DNA of 64,000 nt from NCBI GenBank assembly GCA_002841765.1, contig PHAV01000002.1:201604-265603 (forward strand), in the 5' to 3' direction. The translations under genes were made by a program, and so were the position numbers. Below the pieces are notes generated by a model, which saw only the letters and a list, made by a program, of their open reading frames with translations, was not told the DNA's origin and did no database searches. Below, piece by piece: positions 47,546-57,868 of this stretch. The number at the start of each line of letters is the position of its first letter. Within the stretch, counting starts at the first letter, position 1. This stretch comes from Deltaproteobacteria bacterium HGW-Deltaproteobacteria-4 (lineage in GTDB: Bacteria; Desulfobacterota; Desulfuromonadia; Desulfuromonadales; UBA2197).

Positions 47546-49354
47546 ATGCAGTTGAACCGTTGTCTTCCCTTCCTGGTCCTGTTCGTCCTGTCACTCTGGG
47601 GCGGGGATCTGCTGGCTGTCCCTTCCTCTGCTCCGGAAAGTTGGGGAGAGCGGACTGTCAGCCCCTCGTTGCAGCTGCCGCAATCAATTCGTCAACAGAA
47701 TGAAGCTGCTGTTCCGGCTTTGGAGACGGTGCCGGGCAGGTTGCAACCCGCAGACGTTTCTTCCCTTTTGTCCGCTGATGATGTTGCAGCGGGAGAGGGG
47801 GCTGACGACGCTGAAGAGAATGAGGATCTACTGACTTTGGTCGATCCGGAAGCGATTGAGGAAGCCCTGATTCTCACCGAGGACGAAACAAGTCCGCCGG
47901 AGGACGAAGGGGCAACCATCGCCGTGACCGAGCTACAATTCGATTTCCCGGTTGTTGAAAACCAGAAGGTTCAGTACTACATCGATTACTTCACCGGTCC
48001 CGGCCGCAACGTCTTTAGTCGCTGGCTGGAGCGTTCACCCCGCTATCTCCCTTATATGCAGGAGGTCTTTGCCGCGGAAGGACTGCCGCGTGACCTGGTC
48101 TATCTCTCGATTGTCGAGTCCGGGCTTAACCCCAAGGCGTACAGTTGGGCACATGCTTCCGGCCCCTGGCAGTTTATCCCGAGCACCGGCAAAATTTTCG
48201 GTCTGGAAGCGGATTACTGGTGGGATGAACGGCGGGATTTTGAAAAATCGACTTATGCGGCTGCCCGTTTTCTCAAAGAGTTGTACGGAGTCTTTAACGG
48301 CAACTGGTATCTGGCAGTAGCCGCCTATAATGCCGGTCCCGGTGCGGTAGCACGGGCGATTGAGCGCAGCGGCAGTAGCGATTTCTGGATGATTTCCCAT
48401 AACCTGCACCTTCCGCTTGAGACCAGGAATTACGTCCCTAAGCTTTTGGCGGTACTCCTGATCGCCAAGCAGCCGGGAAAATACGGTTTTACCGATACGC
48501 AGTTTCTTGAGCCGATCGCCTGCGACACGGTCACGGTTGAAGGTCCGGTTGATCTTGCCGTGGTCGCCCGTCTTGCCGACAGCAGCTACGGTGAGATCAA
48601 GGCCCTGAATCCTGAGTTGAAGCGCTGGTGTACCCCCCCCAAGCAGCAAAACTATCAAATCAATCTGCCCCTCGGGACGAAAGATGATTTTCTGGCAGCG
48701 TATGCGGAACTCCCGGCGACACAGCGCCGCGACTATAAAGTTCATAAACTCGCCAAAGGCGAGACCTTGAAAGGTTTGGCCAAGCAGTACCGCTTGAGCG
48801 TGAATGACATCTTGCGGGCCAATTCATTATCCACGGCCAAAGCCGTCAAGGTCGGTCGCAATCTCGCCATTCCGTTGCGGGCGGGGGTGGAAGTGATTCC
48901 GCGGGAAGACCTGCTCGACGATCCGGTGGTGAGCAAGATTGCCAAGTCCCGGAGCTACAAGGTGAAGAAGGGGGATACCTTAAGTAAAATCGCCCGGAAC
49001 AGCGGTGCGACCCTGGCGCAGTTGAAGAGCTGGAACCGCCTGACCGACCGAAGTCGTCTGCAGATCGGGCAGGTCCTGCGGGTCGGACCGGGCAAGAAAG
49101 CGGCTCAATCATCAACGGCCAAGGCGAAAACTACGACAAAAAAGGCTGGTTCGCAAATCGCAAAAAAGCCGGCATCGTCCGCGGGCAAGAAGATCGTGCA
49201 TAAGGTGAAGAAGGGGGATACTGTTTACGGGATTGCCCGGCAATACGCGGTCAACCCGGCGCAGGTTCTGTCCTGGAACAATCTCGGCAGCGAACATATT
49301 CTGCAGCCTGGGCAAAATTTGACCGTACGCGTTCAGAACCGCAAAGGCGGTTAA
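47546..49354 (+). CDS. mltD: Lytic murein transglycosylase with LysM repeats (MltD-like)
   Basis: SLT motifs IVESG, GPWQF, AAYNAG, ETRNYVPK; three LysM domains. Confidence 0.9.
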   Translation: MQLNRCLPFLVLFVLSLWGGDLLAVPSSAPESWGERTVSPSLQLPQSIRQQNEAAVPALETVPGRLQPADVSSLLSADDVAAGEGADDAEENEDLLTLVDPEAIEEALILTEDETSPPEDEGATIAVTELQFDFPVVENQKVQYYIDYFTGPGRNVFSRWLERSPRYLPYMQEVFAAEGLPRDLVYLSIVESGLNPKAYSWAHASGPWQFIPSTGKIFGLEADYWWDERRDFEKSTYAAARFLKELYGVFNGNWYLAVAAYNAGPGAVARAIERSGSSDFWMISHNLHLPLETRNYVPKLLAVLLIAKQPGKYGFTDTQFLEPIACDTVTVEGPVDLAVVARLADSSYGEIKALNPELKRWCTPPKQQNYQINLPLGTKDDFLAAYAELPATQRRDYKVHKLAKGETLKGLAKQYRLSVNDILRANSLSTAKAVKVGRNLAIPLRAGVEVIPREDLLDDPVVSKIAKSRSYKVKKGDTLSKIARNSGATLAQLKSWNRLTDRSRLQIGQVLRVGPGKKAAQSSTAKAKTTTKKAGSQIAKKPASSAGKKIVHKVKKGDTVYGIARQYAVNPAQVLSWNNLGSEHILQPGQNLTVRVQNRKGG

Positions 49355-49414
49355 AAGATCAAGTCGTGATGTGACGCAGGTGCAGGGCTCATTGCTGCAA
49401 AGGAGAGTAAGGTT

Positions 49415-49951
49415 ATGCGCAATGTCATCGTGATTGCTGGTATCTGTATGCTGTTGTCCGGTTGTGCGGCCACGGCCGGGGATCTCTCGCCAGCGCCCCC
49501 CTCGACCGCTGCGAGCCGCTGGGTTGTCAGTGCCGGCACCACCTTGAAGTCTGACGCGGTGGCAACGTCTGCCGATATTGCTCCCCTCGCGGTCGGAGCT
49601 CAGGTGCTGGTGCTGGAGAATGCCGGTCGCTGGTTAAAGGTGCAGACGGCGGCGCAAAAAACCGGTTGGGTCTTTGCCGGCCGGCTGGCTTTGACCCCGC
49701 CGGTCGCTGAGGTTGCAATCAGCGATGATCTCCTTTCCGCTTCAGCCCGGCAGAGCCAGATTGAAGTTGCGCAGGCGGACAGTGCCCGCAGCATTCGCGG
49801 TTTGTCGGCGGAGACGGAAAACTACGCCCGGGAGCGGGGGACTCCGCAGGAGTATCGTCAGGCTCTTGACCGGATTCTGGCGCGTCAGGTGAGTCAGGAT
49901 GAAGTCACCGCTTTTATGCGCGCCGGCAAACTTGGCGAGTATGCGCAGTGA
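49415..49951 (+). CDS. Lipoprotein with bacterial SH3-like domain
   Basis: Lipobox LSGC; VLVLENAGRWLKVQT..KTGWV; ARSIRGL. Confidence 0.7.
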   Translation: MRNVIVIAGICMLLSGCAATAGDLSPAPPSTAASRWVVSAGTTLKSDAVATSADIAPLAVGAQVLVLENAGRWLKVQTAAQKTGWVFAGRLALTPPVAEVAISDDLLSASARQSQIEVAQADSARSIRGLSAETENYARERGTPQEYRQALDRILARQVSQDEVTAFMRAGKLGEYAQ

Positions 49952-49961
49952 GGAGAGGATG

Positions 49962-50822
49962 ATGAAGATGAAAAGATATTTTCTGCTACTCTGTTGTCTG
50001 GGGATCGCTGTCACCGCCAACGCCGCCTGGATGGACCAGTTGCAGAAGCTCGCTGACCCTGAGTCCAAAGAACGCCAGATCCTTTCCGGTACCACACAAG
50101 TGCTTAGCAGTAGTAAAGAGATCGACTACGCAACGGAACGAACGATCGGTGAAGCCCTGGCCCTGGAGAGTATGCAGCGTTTCGGGCGCCCGGTCGACAA
50201 TGAGAGTTTGCAGCGCTATGTCAATCTTGTCGGTGCGGTCGTGGCGCAAAGCAGTTTACGTTCGACCATCCCTTATCGCTTTACCGTTCTGGACAGCCCT
50301 GTCCAGAATGCCTTTGCGGCACCGGGCGGGGTGATCTTTATCAGTAAAGCGCTCCTCGGGACATTGGCCGACGAGGCGGAACTCGCCGCGGTTCTAGCCC
50401 ATGAAATCGGCCATGTTGCTGGCAAACACGCACTGAAAAGTACCCGGCGTGCGCAATTTTTCCAAGGGGTCGGGACGATTGCCGCGGCGACCAGTGGCGG
50501 CAAGGGGATGGAATATCAGGCGTTGATCGGCGATTTGCAGGGTGCGCTCTTTGATCAGGGGCTTGATAAGAGTATGGAGTTTGAGGCTGACCTGGCGGCG
50601 ATGGAGACCAGCTATCGCGCCGGCTATAATCCTATAGCGATGATTCGGGTTCTCGAACGTTTGCAGAAGATTGAAGCGACCAGTGTCAAAAAGGGGTCGT
50701 GGTTCTCAACCCATCCACCGCTGCAGGAGCGGATCACCCGACTTAAAAAGGAGGGACACCGTTATCCTGACGCGGTCAGCCTTGCGGAACTGCCGGCGCG
50801 TTTTCAGGGAAAAATGAAGTGA
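49962..50822 (+). CDS. M48-family exported zinc metalloprotease
   Basis: Signal peptide, NAFAAPGG, HEIGH, EFEAD, STHPP..ERI; start among ATG 49959/49962/49968. Confidence 0.88.
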   Translation: MKMKRYFLLLCCLGIAVTANAAWMDQLQKLADPESKERQILSGTTQVLSSSKEIDYATERTIGEALALESMQRFGRPVDNESLQRYVNLVGAVVAQSSLRSTIPYRFTVLDSPVQNAFAAPGGVIFISKALLGTLADEAELAAVLAHEIGHVAGKHALKSTRRAQFFQGVGTIAAATSGGKGMEYQALIGDLQGALFDQGLDKSMEFEADLAAMETSYRAGYNPIAMIRVLERLQKIEATSVKKGSWFSTHPPLQERITRLKKEGHRYPDAVSLAELPARFQGKMK

Positions 50823-51017
50823 AATTTAGTCGTTACCGATAAATCCCGGGATCAGGCTGAGGGTTGATCGAACCGACAGGGTAATGATTAATAGATGTGT
50901 AAAAATCTGTTATTTATACAGTTTTGTTCATTTCTATTAACTGCTTGCAAATTGTTTTGGAATAGGCTAAAGAATGTCCTCGTTTTTTTGGCTCTTTGCT
51001 TCGAGTCCCCTTTTCCC

Positions 51018-51045
51018 TTGACACCGGGCGTCCTCTGCATATACT
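51018..51045 (+). promoter_or_regulatory. Putative sigma70 promoter of the yceD-rpmF-plsX-fab operon
   Basis: TTGACA-N16-TATACT. Confidence 0.6.
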
Positions 51046-51072
51046 AGGCGCCTTTGGCAGGATCGATCCAGG

Positions 51073-51624
51073 ATGATCATTCAGCTCGATCAAATTAAAG
51101 ATCAGGGCCTATCCCGTCAGTATCAGCTTGCTCCCCACGATTTCCCGGATGCCTCAGCCTGGGAGGAATCAGGGGATTTTAAATTGCATGAACCGATCAA
51201 GATTGACCTCACGCTCAACCGTATCGGCGGGTTGATTGAGGTCAGAGGGCAGATCGCGACCAGAATCGCATCGTCCTGCGGTCGCTGCCTGAAGTCTTTT
51301 TACTTTGATCTTGATGAAACTTTTGTTCTGACCTTTACCAACGAACCCCTGACAGTTCATGAGGACGGGGTCGATGATGAAGAGGGGATAGAGTTAAGTG
51401 CAGAAGAACTCGGTCTGATCCCTTTTATCGGTGACTCTATCGATTTAACTGAAACCATTGCAGAACAGTTCTTTTTGGCTCTACCGGTTCGTCCGCTTTG
51501 CTCGGAGGAGTGTCAGGGACTTTGTCCTTACTGCGGCATTGATTTAAATGACAGGAAGTGCAATTGTGCTCCTCCTGATTTTGCAAACAAATTTTCCGCG
51601 CTCAAGAATGTGAAAATTAATTAA
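51073..51624 (+). CDS. yceD: DUF177/YceD family protein
   Basis: CGRCL, PLCSEECQGLCPYCG, FSALK; canonical position before rpmF. Confidence 0.92.
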   Translation: MIIQLDQIKDQGLSRQYQLAPHDFPDASAWEESGDFKLHEPIKIDLTLNRIGGLIEVRGQIATRIASSCGRCLKSFYFDLDETFVLTFTNEPLTVHEDGVDDEEGIELSAEELGLIPFIGDSIDLTETIAEQFFLALPVRPLCSEECQGLCPYCGIDLNDRKCNCAPPDFANKFSALKNVKIN

Positions 51625-51722
51625 CGGTAATCACGATGACCTGATCCTTGCTTTCCGGGTCAGGACAAAAATAAAGACCGGGAGTGCAAATTTATGACTC
51701 CCCATGAACAGGAGATGAACCC

Positions 51723-51905
51723 ATGGCAGTTCCTAAGAAGAAGACTTCCAAATCAAAACGCGACATGCGCCGTGCCCATGACGCTTTGACCCCCCCGGGA
51801 CTTTCCCTTTGCCCGGAATGTAAAGAGCCGAAGCAGTCGCATCGTGTTTGTCCGAGTTGCGGCGTTTATAAGGGTAAAAAAGAGATCAAAGCAGCGGCTG
51901 AATAG
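51723..51905 (+). CDS. rpmF: 50S ribosomal protein L32 (zinc-ribbon form)
   Basis: [34 protein letters not shown]. Confidence 0.97.
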   Translation: MAVPKKKTSKSKRDMRRAHDALTPPGLSLCPECKEPKQSHRVCPSCGVYKGKKEIKAAAE

Positions 51906-51915
51906 GTCGCTTGAC

Positions 51916-52911
51916 ATGTCTCGTTTTGTTGTTGCCGTGGACGTCATGGGGGGGGATAATGCTCCGGCCATTGAGGTCGAAGGTGCGGTAGCGGCGGCGC
52001 GTCGCTGGAATATCCCCCTGATACTGGTTGGAGATGCCGACCGGGTTAAGGCGGAGCTTGCCAAACACAACAGCAAGGGACTCGATATCACCATCCATCA
52101 TGCCAGTGAAGTTGTCGGGATGATGGATTCTGCTTCCGATGCTATTCGTAAAAAGCGGGATTCTTCCATTCGCGTTGCGTTTGAGCTCGTCAAGAGCGGA
52201 GCAGCGCACGCGGTTGTCAGTGCCGGGAATTCAGGCGCGACCATGGCGGCGGGGATGTTTGTGCTCAAGCGGGTTCCCGGGATCGATCGTCCGGCGATCG
52301 CGACGATCTTTCCGAACCTCAACGATCAGACTCTCTTTCTTGATGCCGGTGGCAATGTCGATTGCAAGGCGCAGCATCTGGTTCAGTTTGCGATGATGGG
52401 CGAGGTCTACGCGCGCAATGTCCTCCATAAGGAGCGTCCGCGGGTTGGACTGTTGTCCAACGGTGAAGAAGAGTGCAAGGGGAATGAGCTGACCCGCGAA
52501 ACCCATGCGCTATTGAAAGATGCGCCCTATAACTATATCGGCTATGTTGAAGGACGGGATATCTTCAGGGGCCAGGTCGACGTTGTCGTCTGTGACGGTT
52601 TTGTCGGTAATATTGTGCTCAAAGCAGCTGAAGGTCTGGCTGATACCTTGATGACCATTTTGCGACGGGAATTTGCCGCTCACCCCCTGGCCAAGTTAGG
52701 TTATTTACTGGCCCGACCCGCTTTTGCTGCTTTTAAAAAGCGGGTCGATTACGCTGAATACGGCGGTGCCCCCCTGCTTGGCATCGATGGCACCGGCATG
52801 ATCTGTCACGGCGGCTCCAGTGCCAAGGCGGTGATGAATGCGGTCCGCATGGCGCACGAGTCAGCGCAACTCAAAGTCAATGACAAGCTTGTCGCCCAGT
52901 TGAATGGGTGA
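51916..52911 (+). CDS. plsX: Phosphate acyltransferase PlsX
   Basis: [44 protein letters not shown]; ATG 51916. Confidence 0.95.
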   Translation: MSRFVVAVDVMGGDNAPAIEVEGAVAAARRWNIPLILVGDADRVKAELAKHNSKGLDITIHHASEVVGMMDSASDAIRKKRDSSIRVAFELVKSGAAHAVVSAGNSGATMAAGMFVLKRVPGIDRPAIATIFPNLNDQTLFLDAGGNVDCKAQHLVQFAMMGEVYARNVLHKERPRVGLLSNGEEECKGNELTRETHALLKDAPYNYIGYVEGRDIFRGQVDVVVCDGFVGNIVLKAAEGLADTLMTILRREFAAHPLAKLGYLLARPAFAAFKKRVDYAEYGGAPLLGIDGTGMICHGGSSAKAVMNAVRMAHESAQLKVNDKLVAQLNG

Positions 52912-52959
52912 GTCAGAAGTTATCAGGCGGGAGTTTGCCGCGCAGGACGGAGTCTGAAG

Positions 52960-53940
52960 ATGAAGAGAGTGCGGATTATCGGTACCGGCTCGTACGCACC
53001 GGAAAAGATCCTGACCAATTTTGATCTGGAAAAGTTTGTAGACACCACCGATGAATGGATTTCCACCCGTACCGGCATTCGTGAACGTCATGTTGCTGCC
53101 GAGGGTGAATATACTTCCGATCTTGCTGTTAAAGCTGCCGAACGGGCGCTGGAGATGGCCGGCCTGACCGCTGACCAGATCGATCTGATTATCGTTGCGA
53201 CGATTACCGGCGATTATCCCTGGCCGGCGACCGCTTGTGTTGTCCAGGAAAAACTCAAAGCAACCAATGCCTTTGCCTTTGATCTTTCCGCAGCCTGCAG
53301 CGGTTTTGTGTACGCTCTTGCCAACGCCAGCGCCTTTATCACCGCCGGGACAGTGAAGCGGGCTCTGGTCATCGGTGCCGAAGTCTTTACCCGCGCTGTC
53401 GACTGGAATGATCGCAACACCTGTGTCCTCTTCGGCGACGGGGCCGGTGCGGTTGTTATTGAAGCGCAAGAAGGGGAGCAGGGGATCCTTTCCTCGCATC
53501 TGCACTCGGATGGCTCCTACGCCGAGCTTCTGTATCAGCCGGGATTCGGATCCGTCCATCCGGCATCAGAACAGGGACTGAAAGAAGGTCTCCCTTTTTT
53601 GAAGATGCAGGGGACGGAAGTCTTCAAAGTGGCAGTGCGTTCTCTTTCCGATGTGGCTCTTGAGGCGATCGCTGCCAATCAACTCACAGTCGCGGATATC
53701 AATCTCTTTATCCCCCACCAGGCGAATCAGCGGATTCTCGATGCCACTGCCAAGCGGGTCGGCTTTCATGCCGATCAGGTCTTCTGTAACGTCGAGCGTT
53801 ACGGCAATACCTCGAGCGCATCGATCCCTCTGGCTCTGGATGAAGCGAATCGCGGTGGGAGAATCAAGGAAGGCGATTACGTCCTGCTTGATGCTTTTGG
53901 CGGTGGATTTACCTGGGGCGCCATTCTGTTGCGCTGGTAG
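52960..53940 (+). CDS. fabH: Beta-ketoacyl-ACP synthase III
   Basis: AACSGF, LFGDGAGA, PHQAN, GNTSSAS, FGGGFTWG. Confidence 0.97.
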   Translation: MKRVRIIGTGSYAPEKILTNFDLEKFVDTTDEWISTRTGIRERHVAAEGEYTSDLAVKAAERALEMAGLTADQIDLIIVATITGDYPWPATACVVQEKLKATNAFAFDLSAACSGFVYALANASAFITAGTVKRALVIGAEVFTRAVDWNDRNTCVLFGDGAGAVVIEAQEGEQGILSSHLHSDGSYAELLYQPGFGSVHPASEQGLKEGLPFLKMQGTEVFKVAVRSLSDVALEAIAANQLTVADINLFIPHQANQRILDATAKRVGFHADQVFCNVERYGNTSSASIPLALDEANRGGRIKEGDYVLLDAFGGGFTWGAILLRW

Positions 53941-53970
53941 TTTCTGCCTTTTCATGGAGTCATCGGAAAA

Positions 53971-54885
53971 ATGAACGCATTTATCTTCCCGGGGCAAGGG
54001 GCGCAGTTTCCCGGCATGGGAAAGGATCTCTTCGAGAGTTTCAGCGTTTCCCGGCAGGTCTTCGAAGAAGCCAATGAAGTTTTGGAATTTGATCTCGCCG
54101 GCCTTTGTTTTAATGGGCCCGAGGATGATCTGAAACTGACCAGAAATACCCAGCCGGCAATATTGACCATGAGTATTGCTGCCCTGAGGGTCGTGGAGAC
54201 TGAGACAGGTCTGCGTCCGTCCTTTGCTGCCGGCCACTCTCTTGGTGAATATTCGGCTTTGGTCTGTAGTGGCGCCATCGATTTCGCGGCGGCGGTCAAG
54301 ACGGTCCGTTTACGCGGTACCTTTATGCAGGAAGCGGTGCCGGTCGGCGTCGGTGCCATGGCAGCGATCCTCTCGGCCGAAGCGGATGCACTGGTCGAAA
54401 TTTGTGCCGAAGCGGCTCAGGGCGAAGTTGTCGCCCCGGCCAACTATAATTCCCCGGGGCAGATTGTCATTGCCGGCCATGCCTCTGCTGTGCAGCGGGC
54501 GATGGAGATTGCCAAAGGGAAGGGCTACCGCAAGGCGATGTTGCTGCCGGTCAGCGCTCCCTTCCATTGTGCGTTGATGCAACCGGCGGCGGACCGGCTC
54601 AAGGCGGTACTGGACGGACTGACCTACCAGAAGATGCAGTTGCCGGTGGTGACGAATGTTGAAGCCCACGCTAATGTCGATTGCACCCGTGTGCAGGATC
54701 TTCTCGTGGCTCAGGTTTGTGCTCCGGTCCTGTGGGAACAGTCGGTGAATGCGATGATCCGGAGTGGGGTGACCCGTTTCATTGAGATCGGTCCAGGGAA
54801 GGTCCTTTCCGGCCTGGTCAAACGTATCAGTAAAGACGTGCAACTTGCTAACGTCGAAGATCGCAGCAGTCTGGCTCTTCTTTAG
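53971..54885 (+). CDS. fabD: Malonyl-CoA:ACP transacylase
   Basis: FPGQGAQ, NTQPAI, GHSLGEY, SAPFH. Confidence 0.97.
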   Translation: MNAFIFPGQGAQFPGMGKDLFESFSVSRQVFEEANEVLEFDLAGLCFNGPEDDLKLTRNTQPAILTMSIAALRVVETETGLRPSFAAGHSLGEYSALVCSGAIDFAAAVKTVRLRGTFMQEAVPVGVGAMAAILSAEADALVEICAEAAQGEVVAPANYNSPGQIVIAGHASAVQRAMEIAKGKGYRKAMLLPVSAPFHCALMQPAADRLKAVLDGLTYQKMQLPVVTNVEAHANVDCTRVQDLLVAQVCAPVLWEQSVNAMIRSGVTRFIEIGPGKVLSGLVKRISKDVQLANVEDRSSLALL

Positions 54886-54937
54886 TCACTCCGGCAGTTG
54901 ACCGCCGTATATCCTGATTGAAAGGGAATATATTATT

Positions 54938-55675
54938 ATGGCAAAAGATAAAGTTGCAGTTATAACCGGCGCATCCCGCGGCATTGGTCGCAGCATTGCC
55001 CTGGCTCTGGCTGAAGCCGGCGCCAAGATTGTGGCTGTCGATCTTGATCCGGTTGCCACGGAGGCGATTGTCGCCGAGTTGAAGGAAATGGGGACAGAAG
55101 CGATTGCCGTAATCGGCAACGTGACAGTGACCGAGGATACGGAAAAGATGATCGATGCCGCGATGGCTGCTTTCGGCCGCGTCGATATTCTGGTGAATAA
55201 TGCCGGGATCACCCGCGACGGCCTGCTCATGCGCATGAAGGATGAAGACTGGGATGCGGTCATGACCGTGAATCTCAAGGGCGCCTTCCTCTGTTCCCGA
55301 GCTGCCGCCAAGGTGATGACCAAGCAGCGTTATGGCCGGATCATTAACATTGCTTCGGTCGTCGGGCAGATGGGAAACGCCGGGCAGGCGAACTACTGCG
55401 CCAGTAAAGCCGGTCTTATCGGTCTGACCAAATCGAATGCGCGGGAACTGGCGAAACGGAATGTCACGGTGAATGCGGTAGCGCCCGGTTTTATTGCCAC
55501 GGCGATGACCGATGCTCTGCCGGAAAAGGTCCGGGATGAACTGACCGCCCAGATTCCGTTGGCCCGCCTTGGTAGCGCCGATGATATCGCCAATGCGGTC
55601 GTCTTTTTAGCTTTAGAAAAATCTGCTTATATTACTGGCCAGGTCATTGCCGTCAACGGCGGCATGTACATGTAG
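54938..55675 (+). CDS. fabG: 3-oxoacyl-ACP reductase
   Basis: TGASRGIG, NNAGITRD, YCASK, NAVAPGFI. Confidence 0.97.
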   Translation: MAKDKVAVITGASRGIGRSIALALAEAGAKIVAVDLDPVATEAIVAELKEMGTEAIAVIGNVTVTEDTEKMIDAAMAAFGRVDILVNNAGITRDGLLMRMKDEDWDAVMTVNLKGAFLCSRAAAKVMTKQRYGRIINIASVVGQMGNAGQANYCASKAGLIGLTKSNARELAKRNVTVNAVAPGFIATAMTDALPEKVRDELTAQIPLARLGSADDIANAVVFLALEKSAYITGQVIAVNGGMYM

Positions 55676-55737
55676 TTAACCCGCAATCCGACCTGTAGTC
55701 GGCTTGATCACACAAACAAAAAACTGGAGGTGAAGTA

Positions 55738-55971
55738 ATGGCTTCGATTGCTGAAAGAGTGAAACAGATTGTTGTTGAGCAGTTGGGTGTTGAAGAAGAT
55801 CAGGTAAGCAACGAATCTTCCTTTATGGAAGACCTCGGCGCTGACTCCCTGGATACTGTTGAGTTGGTCATGGCTCTCGAAGAAGAGTTCGACATCGAAA
55901 TCGCCGATGAAGATGCCGAGAAGATTCAGACCGTTCAGGATGCTATCGACTACATCACTGAGCACTCCTAA
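55738..55971 (+). CDS. acpP: Acyl carrier protein
   Basis: [20 protein letters not shown]. Confidence 0.98.
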   Translation: MASIAERVKQIVVEQLGVEEDQVSNESSFMEDLGADSLDTVELVMALEEEFDIEIADEDAEKIQTVQDAIDYITEHS

Positions 55972-55983
55972 AAAAGTCATGAG

Positions 55984-56012
55984 AGAGGGAGGCGCAGTCA
56001 GCCTCCCTCTTT
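55984..56012 (+). terminator. Hairpin after acpP (partial terminator or mRNA stabiliser)
   Basis: AGAGGGAGGC-GCAGTCA-GCCTCCCTCT followed by TT. Confidence 0.65.
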
Positions 56013-56078
56013 CGCGTTTAAGTTCGGTACGTCTTGTCGACGGCCTTATTCATACCCTTAAAGGGAGGATGTAGGAGC

Positions 56079-57311
56079 ATGCGCAGAGTTGTCGTGACGG
56101 GCATTGGAGTTGTTTCCGCCCTAGGAACCGGGGTTGAAAAGAACTGGGATGCACTTTTGCAGGGTCATTCCGGCGTAGACCGCATTACCCGCTTTGATGC
56201 CTCGGATCTTCCAACCCAGATCGCCGGTGAAATTAAAGATTTTAACGCCGAAGAGTTTATCGATAAAAAAGAGATCAAGAAGATGGATCTCTTTATTCAA
56301 TATGCGCTGGCAGCAGCGGATATGGCGATGAAAGATTCTGCTTTGGTGATTAATGAAGCGAATGCCGAGCGGGTCGGTGTCCTTGTCGGTTCCGGCCTTG
56401 GGGGTTTGCCGACCATCGAAAAATATCACGAAGCCCTCGGCGAAGGCGGCTATAAGAAGGTTACGCCCTTCTTCATTCCGATGCTTATTATCAACCTCGC
56501 CCCCGGGCAGATTTCCATCCGTTATGGTGCCAAGGGTCCCAATTTCTCAGCCGTCTCTGCCTGTGCGGCGGGGACGCACGCGATCGGTGAAGCCTACCAT
56601 GTCATTCGCCGTGGCGATGCCGATGCGATGATTACCGGTGGCGCCGAGTCGACGATCACTCCGCTGGCGATTGCCGGCTTCAATGCCATGAAAGCTCTTT
56701 CGACCCGCAACGATGATCCGCAGGGCGCCAGTCGTCCCTTTGACAAGGATCGCGATGGTTTCGTCATGGGCGAAGGCGCCGGTATTCTTATCCTCGAAGA
56801 GTACGAAGGGGCGAAGGCGCGCGGCGCGAAAATTTATGCCGAAGTGGTCGGTTACGGCCTGTCTGGCGATGCTTATCATCTCACTGCCCCTGCCCCAGAA
56901 GGTGAAGGGGCGGCCCGCTGCATGAAGATGGCTTTGCATAACGCTCGCCTCAATCCGGAAGAGGTCGATTATATCAATGCCCATGGCACCTCGACCCCTT
57001 TCAACGATTATTATGAAACTCTGGCGATTAAATCAGCCCTTGGTGCCCATAGTCGTAAAGTCATGATCAGTTCGACTAAAGGGATGACCGGGCACGCCCT
57101 CGGCGCTGCCGGTGGCATTGAAGCGGTCTTTTCTCTCCTCGCCATGGAGCGTGGTGTCGTTCCGCCGACGATCAACTACACAACGCCTGATCCTGACTGT
57201 GATCTCGATTATGTTGCCAATACCGCCCGTCAGGCGAAGGTGAATGTCGCGGTGAGTAATTCCCTCGGATTTGGCGGCACCAACGCGACTATAATCTTTA
57301 AGAAGGTCTGA
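56079..57311 (+). CDS. fabF: Beta-ketoacyl-ACP synthase II
   Basis: [43 protein letters not shown]; ATG 56079. Confidence 0.97.
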   Translation: MRRVVVTGIGVVSALGTGVEKNWDALLQGHSGVDRITRFDASDLPTQIAGEIKDFNAEEFIDKKEIKKMDLFIQYALAAADMAMKDSALVINEANAERVGVLVGSGLGGLPTIEKYHEALGEGGYKKVTPFFIPMLIINLAPGQISIRYGAKGPNFSAVSACAAGTHAIGEAYHVIRRGDADAMITGGAESTITPLAIAGFNAMKALSTRNDDPQGASRPFDKDRDGFVMGEGAGILILEEYEGAKARGAKIYAEVVGYGLSGDAYHLTAPAPEGEGAARCMKMALHNARLNPEEVDYINAHGTSTPFNDYYETLAIKSALGAHSRKVMISSTKGMTGHALGAAGGIEAVFSLLAMERGVVPPTINYTTPDPDCDLDYVANTARQAKVNVAVSNSLGFGGTNATIIFKKV

Positions 57312-57313
57312 AG

Positions 57314-57769
57314 ATGATTGCCATTGGCAGTGACCACGGTGGTTTGCAGCTCAAAGACGCCATCAGAAATTATCTAGTTGGTCGCGGCTTGACAGTCGAT
57401 GACCTCGGTACCAATAATGAAGAATCGGTCGATTACCCTGATTTCGGGGCGCGGGTGGCGCAAGCCGTCTCCAGTCAGGCCATCGCTAAAGGTATTCTGA
57501 TCTGTGGCACCGGCATCGGTATGTCGATCGCAGCTAACAAATTCCCTGGTATTCGTGCCGCCCTGGTTTGGGATGATTTTACCGCGCAGATGGCCAAAGA
57601 GCACAATGATGCCAACATTCTTGTGCTCGGCGGACGGGTCCTTGCTGTCGATGATGCCTGCCGTATGGTCGGAATCTGGCTCGATACCGCCTTTGCCGGC
57701 GGTCGCCATCAGGGACGTCTCGACAAAATTGCGCAAATTGAAGAGGATGTCCGGCACGGACGTCTCTAG
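57314..57769 (+). CDS. rpiB: Ribose-5-phosphate isomerase B
   Basis: GSDHGG, VDYPD, CGTGIGMSIAANK, HNDAN, GGRHQ.R. Confidence 0.96.
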   Translation: MIAIGSDHGGLQLKDAIRNYLVGRGLTVDDLGTNNEESVDYPDFGARVAQAVSSQAIAKGILICGTGIGMSIAANKFPGIRAALVWDDFTAQMAKEHNDANILVLGGRVLAVDDACRMVGIWLDTAFAGGRHQGRLDKIAQIEEDVRHGRL

Positions 57770-57791
57770 ATTTTGCAAGGTTTCGCCTGTC

Positions 57792-57818
57792 AAGGCAGGC
57801 TTCGGCCTGCCTTTTCTT
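57792..57818 (+). terminator. Rho-independent terminator after rpiB
   Basis: AAGGCAGGC-TTCG-GCCTGCCTT followed by TTCTT (cUUCGg tetraloop). Confidence 0.85.
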
Positions 57819-57868
57819 ATTCAAGGCAGTTTCCCCTTTATCAATCCCTTATCCGGAGGTGACAGACC

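Noticed and set aside
50822-51010. Structured RNA (TPP or c-di-AMP-like) in the M48-yceD gap
   Set aside because: Fragments such as CTGAG and GAACC do not assemble into either consensus; the region is better explained as promoter DNA.
51630-51720. Hairpin between yceD and rpmF as a ribosomal-protein leader
   Set aside because: Only a short stem (TGACCTG/CGGGTCA) is present, with no known family recognisable and no comparative support.
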